64,000 bases of DNA from Chrysomallon squamiferum (taxonomy: Eukaryota; Animalia; Mollusca), in the NCBI GenBank assembly GCA_012295275.1, contig CM022669.1, positions 2,232,001-2,296,000 of the forward strand, written 5' to 3'. Numbering within the stretch: the stretch's first letter is position 1; each line of letters begins with the position of its first letter. Made by a program: the position numbers and the translations under genes. Below the pieces are notes generated by a model, which saw only the letters and a list, made by a program, of their open reading frames with translations, made no database searches and had not been told where the DNA came from. Below are positions 1-11,522 of this stretch, piece after piece.

Positions 1-612
1 ATAATAGGAATAATAATAATAAAAAATAATAATAATAATAAATAAATTAAAAAATAATAATAATAATATAAATAAAGAACTTTAAAATGAAATTTAGATC
101 AGTTTTTATTTCAGAATTGTTTGTCTTAAGGAATTAAAAAAAAGAGTAAATCTTTTTTTTTTTTAGCTCAGTTTAAGACCAAAAAAAAAAGAAAAAAAAA
201 AGAAAATATTCTGTTCCTGCTTGCTTAGACGAGAAATGTATAAAATCCTTTTATAAAATATGAATATACTGTTATTAAAACAACACTTATTTGCTCGTAA
301 ACTAAAATAAAAAAGAAGTATATATATATATACATATATAAGGGGAAAAAATCGCTCTAAAGTATAAAAAAAAAAAAAATCAGAAAAATGAAATACAAAA
401 TTTCAAAGGAGGGTGAAAGAGAATTTTAAAGAAATAGGTTTTCTTGATAATTTAAGAACAAAACTTATTTTACGAAGTTGCTAATAATAATAATAATAAT
501 AATAATAAAAGGGGAAAAAATCGGCTTAATAGAGAAAAGGATGCGTATAGTAATATCCTGTTTATTTTTTTAATCTATATATGTTATTAAGTATTTTTTT
601 TATGTTTATTAA

Positions 613-616
<4 letters not shown>

Positions 617-667
<51 letters not shown>
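617..667. repeat. (ATT)n microsatellite
   Basis: Direct tandem trinucleotide run; similar runs at ~5601-5640, ~7629-7680, ~11445-11521 and ~19549-19657. Confidence 0.9.
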
Positions 668-3002
668 TAGCTAGTTTGTTGTTTGTTTGTTATTACTGTA
701 TTTGTTTATAATTTACGCTAAAACTCATTTTATCTTGAAAATCTTCTTTACTAAAATCATTTATTTCTCCTCTTCTGTTTGTTTTATACATATCTATACG
801 AACATTAGCTTGCGTGTGCGTGTGTGTGTGAGTGTGTGTGTGAAGTTAGAGATAAAAAAGATAAGCAACTAACATGAAGGATGATTCCATCAATAAGTTT
901 ATTTGTACAATATTAAACGTACAATAAACAATATTCAAGTTCAAATCGGAACATTCCAAAAATATGTACATATATAACTATTTCACAGATATTATATATA
1001 TTTATACAACAAAATCTATAGTTATGTACATAAAAGAAATAAATTAAATTTCATAAAATATATTTAACATATATAATTGCTTTATTCATTCAGAACAGAT
1101 TAGCCTTCCGAACAAAACAACAACAACAACAAATTTTTTTTTTTAAAATTATTAAATATCATAACAACATACCTGATTTAAATAAATTACATTCACCCGC
1201 TCTGACAAGAAAAAATCCGCAAAAAAACCCCCAAAAATCAAATAAAAATAAATATATCACGCTAAGTATAATGATCAACAAAAATCATATATGTATAACA
1301 CAAATTTACAGTCAAATATATAATTCTCAACAACAAAAGAATTAGTGTAATATTATTTGAAAAAAGTGTTCTTTGCAACAAATAAATAGTAATGAGGCTC
1401 ATTTTTAAGAACAATAATTGTTTACTTGTTCATTTTAATAGCTGTTAAACTTTAATTAGATACCTAATTATTTACATATATACAAATTAATTATGTTCAC
1501 CAGTTTACATCGTTTCTAGTGATGTTGTCATTTAAACTATATTCATATCTATTTGTAAAATAACTAATATAAATTAAAAATGTATATAAATATACAGGAA
1601 ACCTATTTTCTAAAATAAATATTTTGGAAAACAAAACTGACATTTTTTGGTGAAATGTAAGTATTGTTTTTCTTTCATTTGATGGGTTATTATTATTGTT
1701 ATTATTATTTTATTTATTTATTTATTTATTTTTAATTTTACTATTATCTGGTCATTTTCCTTCCCCTGGTTTCTCCTTCTTGAATAATCATTACATCTAC
1801 TGAAAAATGTAAAAATTAAATATCAGTTAACGAAAATATTAAAGAAACGTAATTGGTACGAAAATGATGTGATTGCGTCTGCTCTTAATTTAAATGAAGA
1901 TATTTAAACAATGGACAGTGCAACTAATAATATCGTGGCAATATGGCATAACCTGAGATAGAATTGGTTTCCATGTATTTATAAACCCGATGTAAACTTA
2001 AACAAGTGTTATGTTTTAATTTGCGCTTTTAACAAGAAGGAGGCGGAGGAAGAATGAGCAGTTTTTACATTTTCGATCTTCAACAGTTAATCTTTAAATC
2101 CCCAAGCAAAACCAAAAAAGGAAATAATAATGTTTATATGTATGTAGGTAGGTACGTACGTACGCATTACGTATGTATGTATGTGCATTTATCATTTTAC
2201 ATATTTGTTGAAAGAATAATACATTTTAAAAATTATATCTCTTGAATGCATTTTTCTCTTCTTTTTTCATTTTTTCTTTCTTTTTTTCTTTTTTCTTTTC
2301 CAATAAATATGTTTATCTATTTTATTTTATTTTTTTGTCGTTTTCTTCTTCTTTCTTTTCTTTTCTTTTCTTTTCTTTTCTTTATTTTTATTTTTATTAT
2401 TATTATTATTATTATTATTTTATTGCTTTGAAAGTTTCTTTGCATTTATGACATTGCTACATTATCAGTTTTTCTCAGGATAGTTTTCATATTTTCCATT
2501 TTTTTATCTTTGATAATTTTGCTTGGAGATTAGTGTAAAGAGGGTAATTTAAGCTAAAATCTGAAGAAGTCATCATAATTATGTTGTAGTGCCACATTAA
2601 CGATAACTCTAGTGAACATAGAGGTAATAATCAGTCTCAGCTTTTCTCCCTTGAAGAAGTCGACATTTTTCGCGGTCGGCTGGGACGGGGCGAGACGTTT
2701 TTCTCGCGTGATGCCGGGTCCGGTAGTATGCGATTCCAAATTATGCTTTTGTGCTACTGAAACAAACAGAAAATACATATAATAACAATAATTAATTAAT
2801 AAAAAAAAAAATATGAATTTCAAAATAATAATAATATCAATAATTAATAAAAATAAAAATATGAATTTTAAAATAATAATATTAATAATAACAATAATGT
2901 AAGAGAAAAATATACTGATTCCCACCCTCAAAACAACGAGTAAATTTATCTGCAGAAAAGTACCTTGAAATTAAACCTCAGTTTTTTAAACAATAAAATT
3001 AT

Positions 3003-3035
<33 letters not shown>

Positions 3036-3393
3036 TTATATCTTTTCTATTTAAATGCATAAATAATATTTTATATTAAGAATAATAAATAACACCAGTA
3101 ATAGAGACAGTAAAAGATTAAATTATAATAAAATAAAAAAAATTCAAAGGGAACCCTATAAACTAATAAGTAATTAGCTTTTCTAGATATTCTAGCCAAC
3201 TGATTGATTTTTTTAATTCTCTGAAATACGAAAAAACCCAAAGCATTAGGACTAGCGCTAATTAACTGTAGTGTGGATAAATATTCTAAAATGACTGAGG
3301 GTTGAACGAGTTCCTCCTCTTTTTTTTCTCTTTTTTTTTGGTCTAAGTTTGAACATACAGTTTTGATCCGTTTTAATGAGATACAATTGTAAC

Positions 3394-3634
3394 CAGCGGC
3401 GTGCAGAGGTCTGGTGCTGCCCGGGGCCACGCCAACGACCCAAAGATTCACGTTACAAGGCCTAGTACTGAGAAATGTTATGATAAAGGAAGTTATTCTG
3501 AATATGTTTAAACACTTTATTCGACTTAAATTTAAATCAACCAAATTTATTAAGTTCTTTTCTCTGGTTGGATGCCCCCCATTTGAATGCCCGGGGCCAC
3601 CGCTCCTCCACCCCTCTCCCTCTGCACGCCACTG
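3394..3634. mobile_element. hAT-like MITE (241 bp)
   Basis: Termini CAGCGGCGTGCAGAGG ... CCTCTGCACGCCACTG form an inverted repeat. Flanks attgtaac / gttataac resemble a degenerate 8-bp TSD (6/8). Subterminal TGCCCGGGGCCAC occurs twice. GC-rich ends in an AT-rich background. Confidence 0.75.
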
Positions 3635-4249
3635 GTTATAACCTACCAGTATTTCAAACAAATAAAAACAAAATTAAGTCTGTTTAATTATGCGATGTTT
3701 TTGTTACTATTATTATTTATTTTCTGAAGTTTTTAGCTGATGACTTATACTTGAATATGAAACACAGATAGAGTAAATAGGAACCGACCCAGTGACCTGC
3801 AGAATCGGAGGAAAGATCTCAAAAGATCGAGCTGCAGTGCGTTCTATTTTGTAACAAAATAAACATATAAATTATATAATTTTGATTGCAAATAGCTTCT
3901 GCAAAATAACGCTCACACTCAACACGATAAAAACCGAGACCAGAATGATTAGCCGGACTACAAATAAAATGTTATAATAAACATAATGACTGGCAGAGAT
4001 CTAAAACTGTTTTACATAATTATTCATTTAATCTTTATCCACACAGCAGTTTCTTTACCTATGGATCAAACGGTTGACTCTCTTCAACATTTTCACTGAA
4101 ATACAATGTACTGAGATACAACAGCTAGCGTTACAAAAATATAAAATATACTACATGAAAAAAAAAAAAAAAAGCTGAATAAAAAAAACAATAAATAAAG
4201 AACAGCTAATTTTTCTTATAAAGTAGATTTGTTAAACAATGAAGTTATC

Positions 4250-4286
<37 letters not shown>

Positions 4287-4531
4287 TTAAAATTAAATCT
4301 AATTTTTAAAAGGTATACTGATACACTAAAAGTAAGAATGGTTTCATTATTTTGTATGTCTTTAGTAAGATCAAACTTTATTTTTATTTTGAAAATGGGT
4401 TAAAGTTTATAATCGTTATAAAAAGAACATAATTCTGCGAGAGAAAAATACTGAAAATACGATTGTTAAAATAAGTTTTTAAAAAATTTCATTGATATTA
4501 TTTGTATGCTGTTATTTATTTTACGTCATAC

Positions 4532-5596
4532 TTACCAGTTAATAGTTTTCACCCCACATGGGGTACAAATATTTTGAGGAAAGTCGCATTTTTGTGTCTG
4601 CGGGTTGAAGTAGAAACCTCCCTTCTTTAGTGTGCATTTTTCATAACCTCTGAACAGACCATTGTGACAAGTGTAGAAAAACTCGCAACCTCGGAGAGGT
4701 GAGGCGTAGCGGCCATTTTTCTTTCCAAAACAATTGGGCCCCAGTCCACATGGGGCAGGCGTATTATTAGCAGCATCACATTCTCCTGTAACATGATTAA
4801 AAACCAGTCCATCTTTACAGGCCTTCATGGACACGACGTAACGTCTGCTGCATTTGTAGTAAGACATGCAGTTATTGGTCATATCAGCGTAGGTACCGTC
4901 TTTTTGGTTTTCGCAGATATTTGGCAGGGTGCCGCAAGGAGCTGGAATGTCTTGTGAAAATTCACATTTTTCTGTTCGAGGACTGAAGGAGCCAAAAGGA
5001 CATTTCAGATAACCCATCAGTTCGCCTTTCCTGCAGTGATAATACATTGGACATCTTCCATAAGGATCAGCGTAAAGACCGTCCTTGAAGCCGTCGCAAA
5101 GGTTGGTGCTGTCGTTGCCACAAGGCGGAGCCACGTTGCTGGATCTACAGGTTTTGAGACGGGGATCGAACATCTTGCCGCTGCTGCAGGTCTCGTATTT
5201 CGTGAAGTTCTTGTTCTTACATTCAAAGTAAAGATCACATCGGCCTGTTTCGTCGGGGTGGTAGCCATCTTGTCGGCCTGTGCAGAGCGGCTGAAATCCT
5301 CCGAACTTTTTCGGTACGTTCATCAGTTCTTCACATTTATTTGTTTCTGGAGAGAAAATTGGTTTCTTTTCGCTGCAGTCTTTCTGAGCAATGGTTCTCT
5401 CGTTCTTGCAGACAATGTAGCGTGGCGTCCACTCTCTGAGAGGGAATGGATGGGTTCCATCTGGTTTGCCGATGCAGCTGCCGTGGCGTATTGCGCATGG
5501 TCTGCAGTGAGATTTGCCACACACATTTTCTCTATAATCACCTGAAATACGTATCATATATTATTATTGTTGTTATTGCTGTTGTCGCTATTGTTG

Positions 5597-5641
<45 letters not shown>

Positions 5642-6350
5642 TACATCAAAATAGTAACGTTATTTAATTGTTTTTGTTTTTGTCAGTAAATGAAAATTCA
5701 TTACAAAAATAAAATACAAATAAACCAAATAATGGACAAAGGTCACAAATAAAAGAAAAAGTGGTAACAATACGTCAAAAATACGTATAAGATAATACAA
5801 ATATGAATACTGAAACGTCACAAAAGAAGAAAATTTGAGGGGAGTACGTCACAAATAAAGGAAAATAAGGACAAAGAGAATAAACGTCACAAAACGTAGT
5901 ACTGTCACGTATTTACACACTTTTTATTTAGTCAACGGGTCACGCACTGTAAAGCCAGTCTGGTTTATATTTGAACTCTTTTGAACGACATGCTGTTTTT
6001 TCACTAAACTATGTAGCTTATGGTAAAAACTGGTTATTTATAAAACTGAATATAAGTTATAAATACTGTACAGTGTTATGGCATATAAAAATATAAGGAA
6101 TTATTTATCCAATGTCGTTCGGCAAGATATTTTTTAAATTTAAATCAACGTTTTAATTACTTCATCAATGCTAGAGAAGGGGTGGACTAAATACCTCCCA
6201 CCTGATCAAAAAAAGTAATTTTTGTTTTTATTTATTTATTTAGTTAGTTATTTTGTTGTTGCTTTTTGATGTTTTGATTTATATTTGTATAAATTCACAT
6301 TTTTGAAATAGGGATCATAAAAAAAAAAATTGATGTGAACAGAATTTTAT

Positions 6351-6443
<93 letters not shown>

Positions 6444-7625
6444 CATACATATACACACATATATATATATTTCATAAAAATGTAATTGATTTCAATGGAA
6501 AATAACTTTAAAAACGTACATGGTGCTTTGACATCTTTTCTTGATCCGCAGTCAACTTGATCGTAGTTCTCACATTTTCTCGAAGTGATCGAGAACTGCT
6601 GAGGGTAGGGGCATTCTTGTGTGAGGGGTTCATGATACATCCAGTCATCCAGTTCCACAGACAGTGTGCAGTTGAAAAACCAGTGGCAGTTGGTAGGGTG
6701 TGGCAGCAAGACCTCCTCCTTGGAAAACACGCACGGATGGTTGGGATAGATACCTAAAGGTAAAGTAAATTTTTAAAAAGAAAAAAATAATACCACTTAA
6801 AATAAATAAAATTTCACCGCTGTGTAGAATTGTTTTAATATGCGTTAATGAAAATATATTAATGGACGATCTCTTAATAATTTTAATAATTTTATTTTTT
6901 ATAGATATTATTTCATTCTTAATTCATTATAGGTACAGGTTTAGGCAGATTAAAAGCAAATATAGAGATATAAAGTGTATGAAGGTTAATGTTCTCTAAC
7001 GAAGGTCATTTTGAAGGTTGTTTCTATCGTCATTACAAACCTTTTGAAAACATTTTAGCATATTTATGTACTCGTGTTTATTTACTTTGTGCTGTTTGGC
7101 ATTCCAAATCAATTGTTCAGCGCGGCAAGGAATTAGTTAGGCAGCAAATTAAACAACATGTTGTCAGTTTTCCCCGTGTTTACCAGCAGTGAAACCCCCA
7201 AAACTGATATATTCAGAAAGTCATGATCACCAAACAGCTGTTACCTTTGCGATCAAGTGTGACGTCACGAAATCAAAGCAGGTATATTTGTTTGTCATTA
7301 CAGATAATTGATTTCAAAGTAGTGTATTTAGAAAGGTGCTTTCCATTATTCACATACAATCTTTCACGACGTCTGTACACACACATAAACACACACACAC
7401 ACATACATACACACATACACACAACACAAGAACATTGTTTGTAATTACATGTTTATATAAAAGATTAGAAACGTTTTGTTCCATTGGAAATTTAATTTCA
7501 TTCATTCATATAATTATTATCATTATCATCATAATCCAATTACGTTTTATTTTCCAGTCTAGGTATTTTTTTTATTCTAACAATGTAATCACTTTTTAAA
7601 GAATTGATCCACGTTCTTTTATTTC

Positions 7626-7680
<55 letters not shown>

Positions 7681-8902
7681 TGTAATCCTTGAATTATTTT
7701 CAGCAGTCTTTTGAATATTCATACACTTTCTGTTGGGTATGTCTATGAAGCCTGCTCACTTATCACGAAAAATGCCACAGAAAAAAAAGAAACAGATCAG
7801 TGTTAGCATTGTTTATGCGTATTTCTTTTTTGTTTTTAAAGGAATATGCAGAGCTGATGGTAAATTAATGAGTTTTACTTAAAAATTGTAAAAGAGAATA
7901 AAACCATTAGATGTTTGAATAATCTGTGTCTGTGTAAAGTCGTGTAAAATCATATTAACAGATATTTGAATTTTTTTTTTCTATAATACTCAGAAAATTT
8001 GAAAACTGATTAAAATCATTTAGTAAGAATAATTTTTAAATTAACGTAATAAACATTTTTGATTTTTTTCCCCCAACCTTAAAAAAGGCATTTAGAATAC
8101 GTATTAATTAATGAAAAAACATATTTTACTTTTTTTATACCATATTTTACAAGTTATGATAATAACAGTGTCTATTTAGAAAACAGTTGATCACAATCAG
8201 TTTGATAGATGTAAGGGACTTTGAAACAGAAATGAGTTTATAACTACAAACTAAAAAAAGTGTTTGACGGTAAAAGATGACGTTTGCCAGACACGTACAG
8301 CACCTTAGATCTTTTTAAGTGACGGAAGTAGCTTTCGTAGTGGTAGCTGCTGTTATTGGTGTAAAATAGTATAATGACGTGTGCCAGACACGAACTGCTT
8401 TTCATTCCAGCAATTTAGATCTTTGTAAGTGACAAAAGTAGTTGCTATTTTTGGTGTAAAGTAGTATAGTAACAGCAATAAACTTACGTTTAATTTCGGC
8501 TACGTGTTTTCCTGCAGGATCCTCTTTGTTGAGTAAAGCATCCATCCTGTCCGAGGTAGCTGTAAAGTTGCTAATGCGACCAATTCTAAGTTTAGTGGAT
8601 TTCAGACTCTCGACGACCACGGGACAGTCATTCCAGCGAGAGTCTTTCCCAACACAATTCCTTGCTGAATCCGACCAGACATATCCTCGAGGACAACCAG
8701 GCATCTTTATCGGCTGTCCAGAAACGCAGATGAAGTATTTGGTACAGTTTTTAGGATCGCGAACCCAGTGGACGCCCAGGTTGTTTTTTTTGCACGGTGG
8801 ACGGACAATTTGATTATGTTTCACTATGAAGTGAAGCTGGACTACGCCAAAGAGAACGAGAATGATGAAGAGAGCGAGGAACTTTTCACCAAGACGATCC
8901 AT
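4532..8902 (-). CDS. Secreted or membrane-anchored chitin-binding protein with about 7 peritrophin-A (CBM14/ChtBD2) domains, ~552 aa, 3 coding exons (C-terminus may extend into a further exon)
   Basis: Exons 8488-8902, 6520-6753, 4532-5541; both introns GT-AG, phase 1, giving ...AEIK-R-IYPNHPC... and ...KAP-C-DYRENVC.... N-terminal hydrophobic segment KFLALFIILVLFGVVQLHFIV. Repeated six-Cys units such as DPKNCTKYFIC...CPRGYVWS..ARNC, DETGRCDLYFEC...CSSGKMFDPRLKTC, DMTNNCMSYYKC...CKDGLVFNHVTGEC. Confidence 0.9.
6352..6470. repeat. Compound (TATC)n(TA)n(TACA)n microsatellite
   Basis: Seen directly in intron 2 of the chitin-binding gene. Confidence 0.9.
8278..8472. repeat. Imperfect ~100-bp tandem duplication in intron 1 of the chitin-binding gene
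   Basis: Blocks TGCCAGACACG, TTAGATCTTT.TAAGTGAC..AAGTAG and TTGGTGTAAA.TAGTATA each occur twice in the same order. Confidence 0.6.
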
Positions 8903-9003
8903 TAGGATTGTTTTCCACTTAGACTCCGTTTTGAATGTTAGACGATGCTCCTTGTAGAGCTGTGACTGAACGAGCTATGATGCTCCTCCGTTCCGATTCC
9001 TGA

Positions 9004-9010
9004 TTTTATA
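9004..9010 (-). promoter_or_regulatory. Probable TATA box of the chitin-binding gene
   Basis: TATAAAA on the minus strand ~105 nt upstream of the ATG at 8902, with Inr-like TCAT (~8978) and TCAGT (~8967) 32-43 nt downstream. Confidence 0.5.
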
Positions 9011-10532
9011 CTCGCTTAGAGTTTGGTTAAGGGATTGGATAATGTCTACAGATTAGGGCAACGTGATGGAAGGGAACTCGGTTCAAAGTCAGCCTAGTTG
9101 ACACGAGCACACAGTTTCGTATACGTATGAATGCTTGCATAGCGATCAGATTTAGCCTTCGACGGCCATGTTTGCTTGTTAAATTTGCACACGCTGACTT
9201 TGAAAACTTCGCATTTTTAAACAGGCCAGCCGTACGTTGAATGAGAAAACCTAATTAATTTACCCACGCGACATTGCTTATTTAGATGAACCCGACCTGC
9301 GTCCTGTGTTTGTTTGGAACATCTTGGCTTCAAACGTGTAACCTGTTGTCAGAAATCACATAGATCTGCGGTATATGCACATATGACCTCAGAAAAAAAT
9401 TATTGTTTCTTGTTTTTTATTTTTGCACTTTAAATGTGTTTTGACACTTCAGGATTATTTTGATACATCAATACTCAATGTAGACCGCATCAGCAAAAGG
9501 TTTTATATATATATATATATGCCTATTTATTTACTGTTTCTAATTTTTATAATTATTATTATTGCTTATTTTTTATATTTACATTTTCTTTCTTTCTAGA
9601 TATATACGTATGCATACATGTGTATGTATGTATGAATGTATGTATAGATACATGCATGTGCAGCATAAAAACATATTTAGAGACATGGATAGAAAGGCAG
9701 ACAGACAGAAAGATAAAGTTATGTTACTGGGGGTTTTGTCGCGGGTTTTGTACGTCAAAAATCATAATTATTACTTCTTATCAGACAGCAGTACAAACAG
9801 ATATACAGACAGCAGTGGTCATTTATGTGTACCATTCTAATGTATTTACATGCTGTGGTCAGCAAGGTAAAAACAAATACCACTGACCATGTTTAAATAT
9901 GATGAAGACAACGAATCTCTAAACTTTTCCAGTGACCGAAATAGCAGACCACGATAAATTCATAATGAGAAAATCTTTAAAACAGTATAAATATGTTTTA
10001 AATATTTATACCAGTAGTAAAATTAATTTCTAAACACATTTATTAGAAACCTCTGATTAAACTGGTAAAACGATGGTAACACACTGCATAAAAATTCCTT
10101 TGTTATAAGTACATGAGTGATATTTGCAACCATGATAAACTATAGTTAATATGCTACTCTTTCTAAATTGTTATTACTATTTTTATATTCTATGGCTTTT
10201 ATAGTCAGTAAATATCGTTTACTATGCTGTCGAATACCCCGGCTATTCACTTTTTAAAGTCACGGTTTTCAGTTAAATTTTTTCACCTATCTCTGTTAGA
10301 CTTGTTATGTGATTCTTCATTTGTAAGCTACCATTTTGGGACAAGATATAAATCACATTAAAAGTATTACAATTATGCGATTTCTGTATGTGTTATTTTG
10401 AAGATATACTAGTGTCCTATTACTGAATGTAATTAATTAGATAATCAGTAGTTTATCATTGAACATTTCTTAACTGATTTTCAGAAAAGGAGTCACCACC
10501 AAAGCTTACAAAGGAAAATAATAATAGGCTGG

Positions 10533-10567
<35 letters not shown>

Positions 10568-11435
10568 TTTAAAAAGCGCAAGCTCTCCCGCCATTGAATA
10601 AATAAATAAATAAATAATAGAGGAAAGGTGGACTTATATTTTCAAGATAGTTTATAGTTTTATAAAATAATATTAATATGTTCATGTGTTCTCTTTATAT
10701 GTCAGAGTTCATATGTTTTATCATCTCTCACCTACATTTCACGTTACAAGTAAACTTGTTAAAAAATTATTTTTTAGTGTTTATTTTCTTTTACTTTTTC
10801 TTTTATATATATATATCTTTTTAATCAGGCAAACATAATGTTGGACACCATATTAATATTGTTTTTAAACATTTGTTTCTGTATAAAACAGATTAATATT
10901 TATATAACTGTGTATGTTTTACTCTCATCACACACCAAGCTGGGGCACAACGTGAACATTTGCTCTGGTGACAGGTAAACACAACTGTTAGCTTTCTGCC
11001 AACAAGTCAGTATGTTACGTATCATCTCAGCATAACGTAACTAACCATACGCAGGTTTAGGGGGATGTATCCAAGACTGCTCCTGCCTTCTGTTGCCGCC
11101 TATTAGTGGTTTATGACGAAACCAAACGGTGGCACCAAAGTTTATTAAATTATTAATCCACGCCGGCAAACACTATTGTCGTAAATTCGCAGCTACTCAG
11201 TTTCAGTTTCTTACCCGTACACCCATTAAGTGATACTTTATTTGTAAGCTGACATTTTAGATTCACACGTAAATCATACGAAAGTATTAGAGGTGTGTGA
11301 TTTCAGTATGTGTCATCTAGTCTGTTAGTATTAAATGTAATTAATTAGACGGAAAAAAAGAATGTCAGAAATTTATTTTTAATATAATTTTTATTTTTTA
11401 AATCATCTTTTTCTTCTTCTTCTTATTTATTTATT

Positions 11436-11444
<9 letters not shown>

Positions 11445-11521
<77 letters not shown>
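11445..11521. repeat. (ATT)n microsatellite
   Basis: Uninterrupted trinucleotide run. Confidence 0.9.

Positions 11522-11522
<1 letters not shown>

Noticed and set aside
687-2451. Short ORFs rich in F/I/Y/N (also 7336-7722, 19493-19712, 20820-21062, 23387-23783, 43774-43986)
   Set aside because: They are translations of microsatellites and AT-rich low-complexity DNA with no domain-like content.
2554-2931. 125-aa minus-strand ORF
   Set aside because: The first half is an AT-rich tandem duplication; the second half follows a splice acceptor and is better explained as a candidate terminal exon and 3' UTR of the chitin-binding gene in another frame.
3071-3661. 196-aa minus-strand ORF and overlapping ORFs
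   Set aside because: Runs through the hAT-like MITE and A/T tracts; no recognisable protein motifs.
5036-5545. Plus-strand ORFs opposite coding exons (also 6557-6757, 8526-8813, 17122-17328, 43347-43574, 58710-58907)
   Set aside because: Antisense shadows of real minus-strand exons.
5741-5945. CRISPR-like repeat-spacer appearance
   Set aside because: Repeats are only ~10 bp and degenerate, spacing is irregular, the context is a eukaryotic intron, and no cas genes are present.
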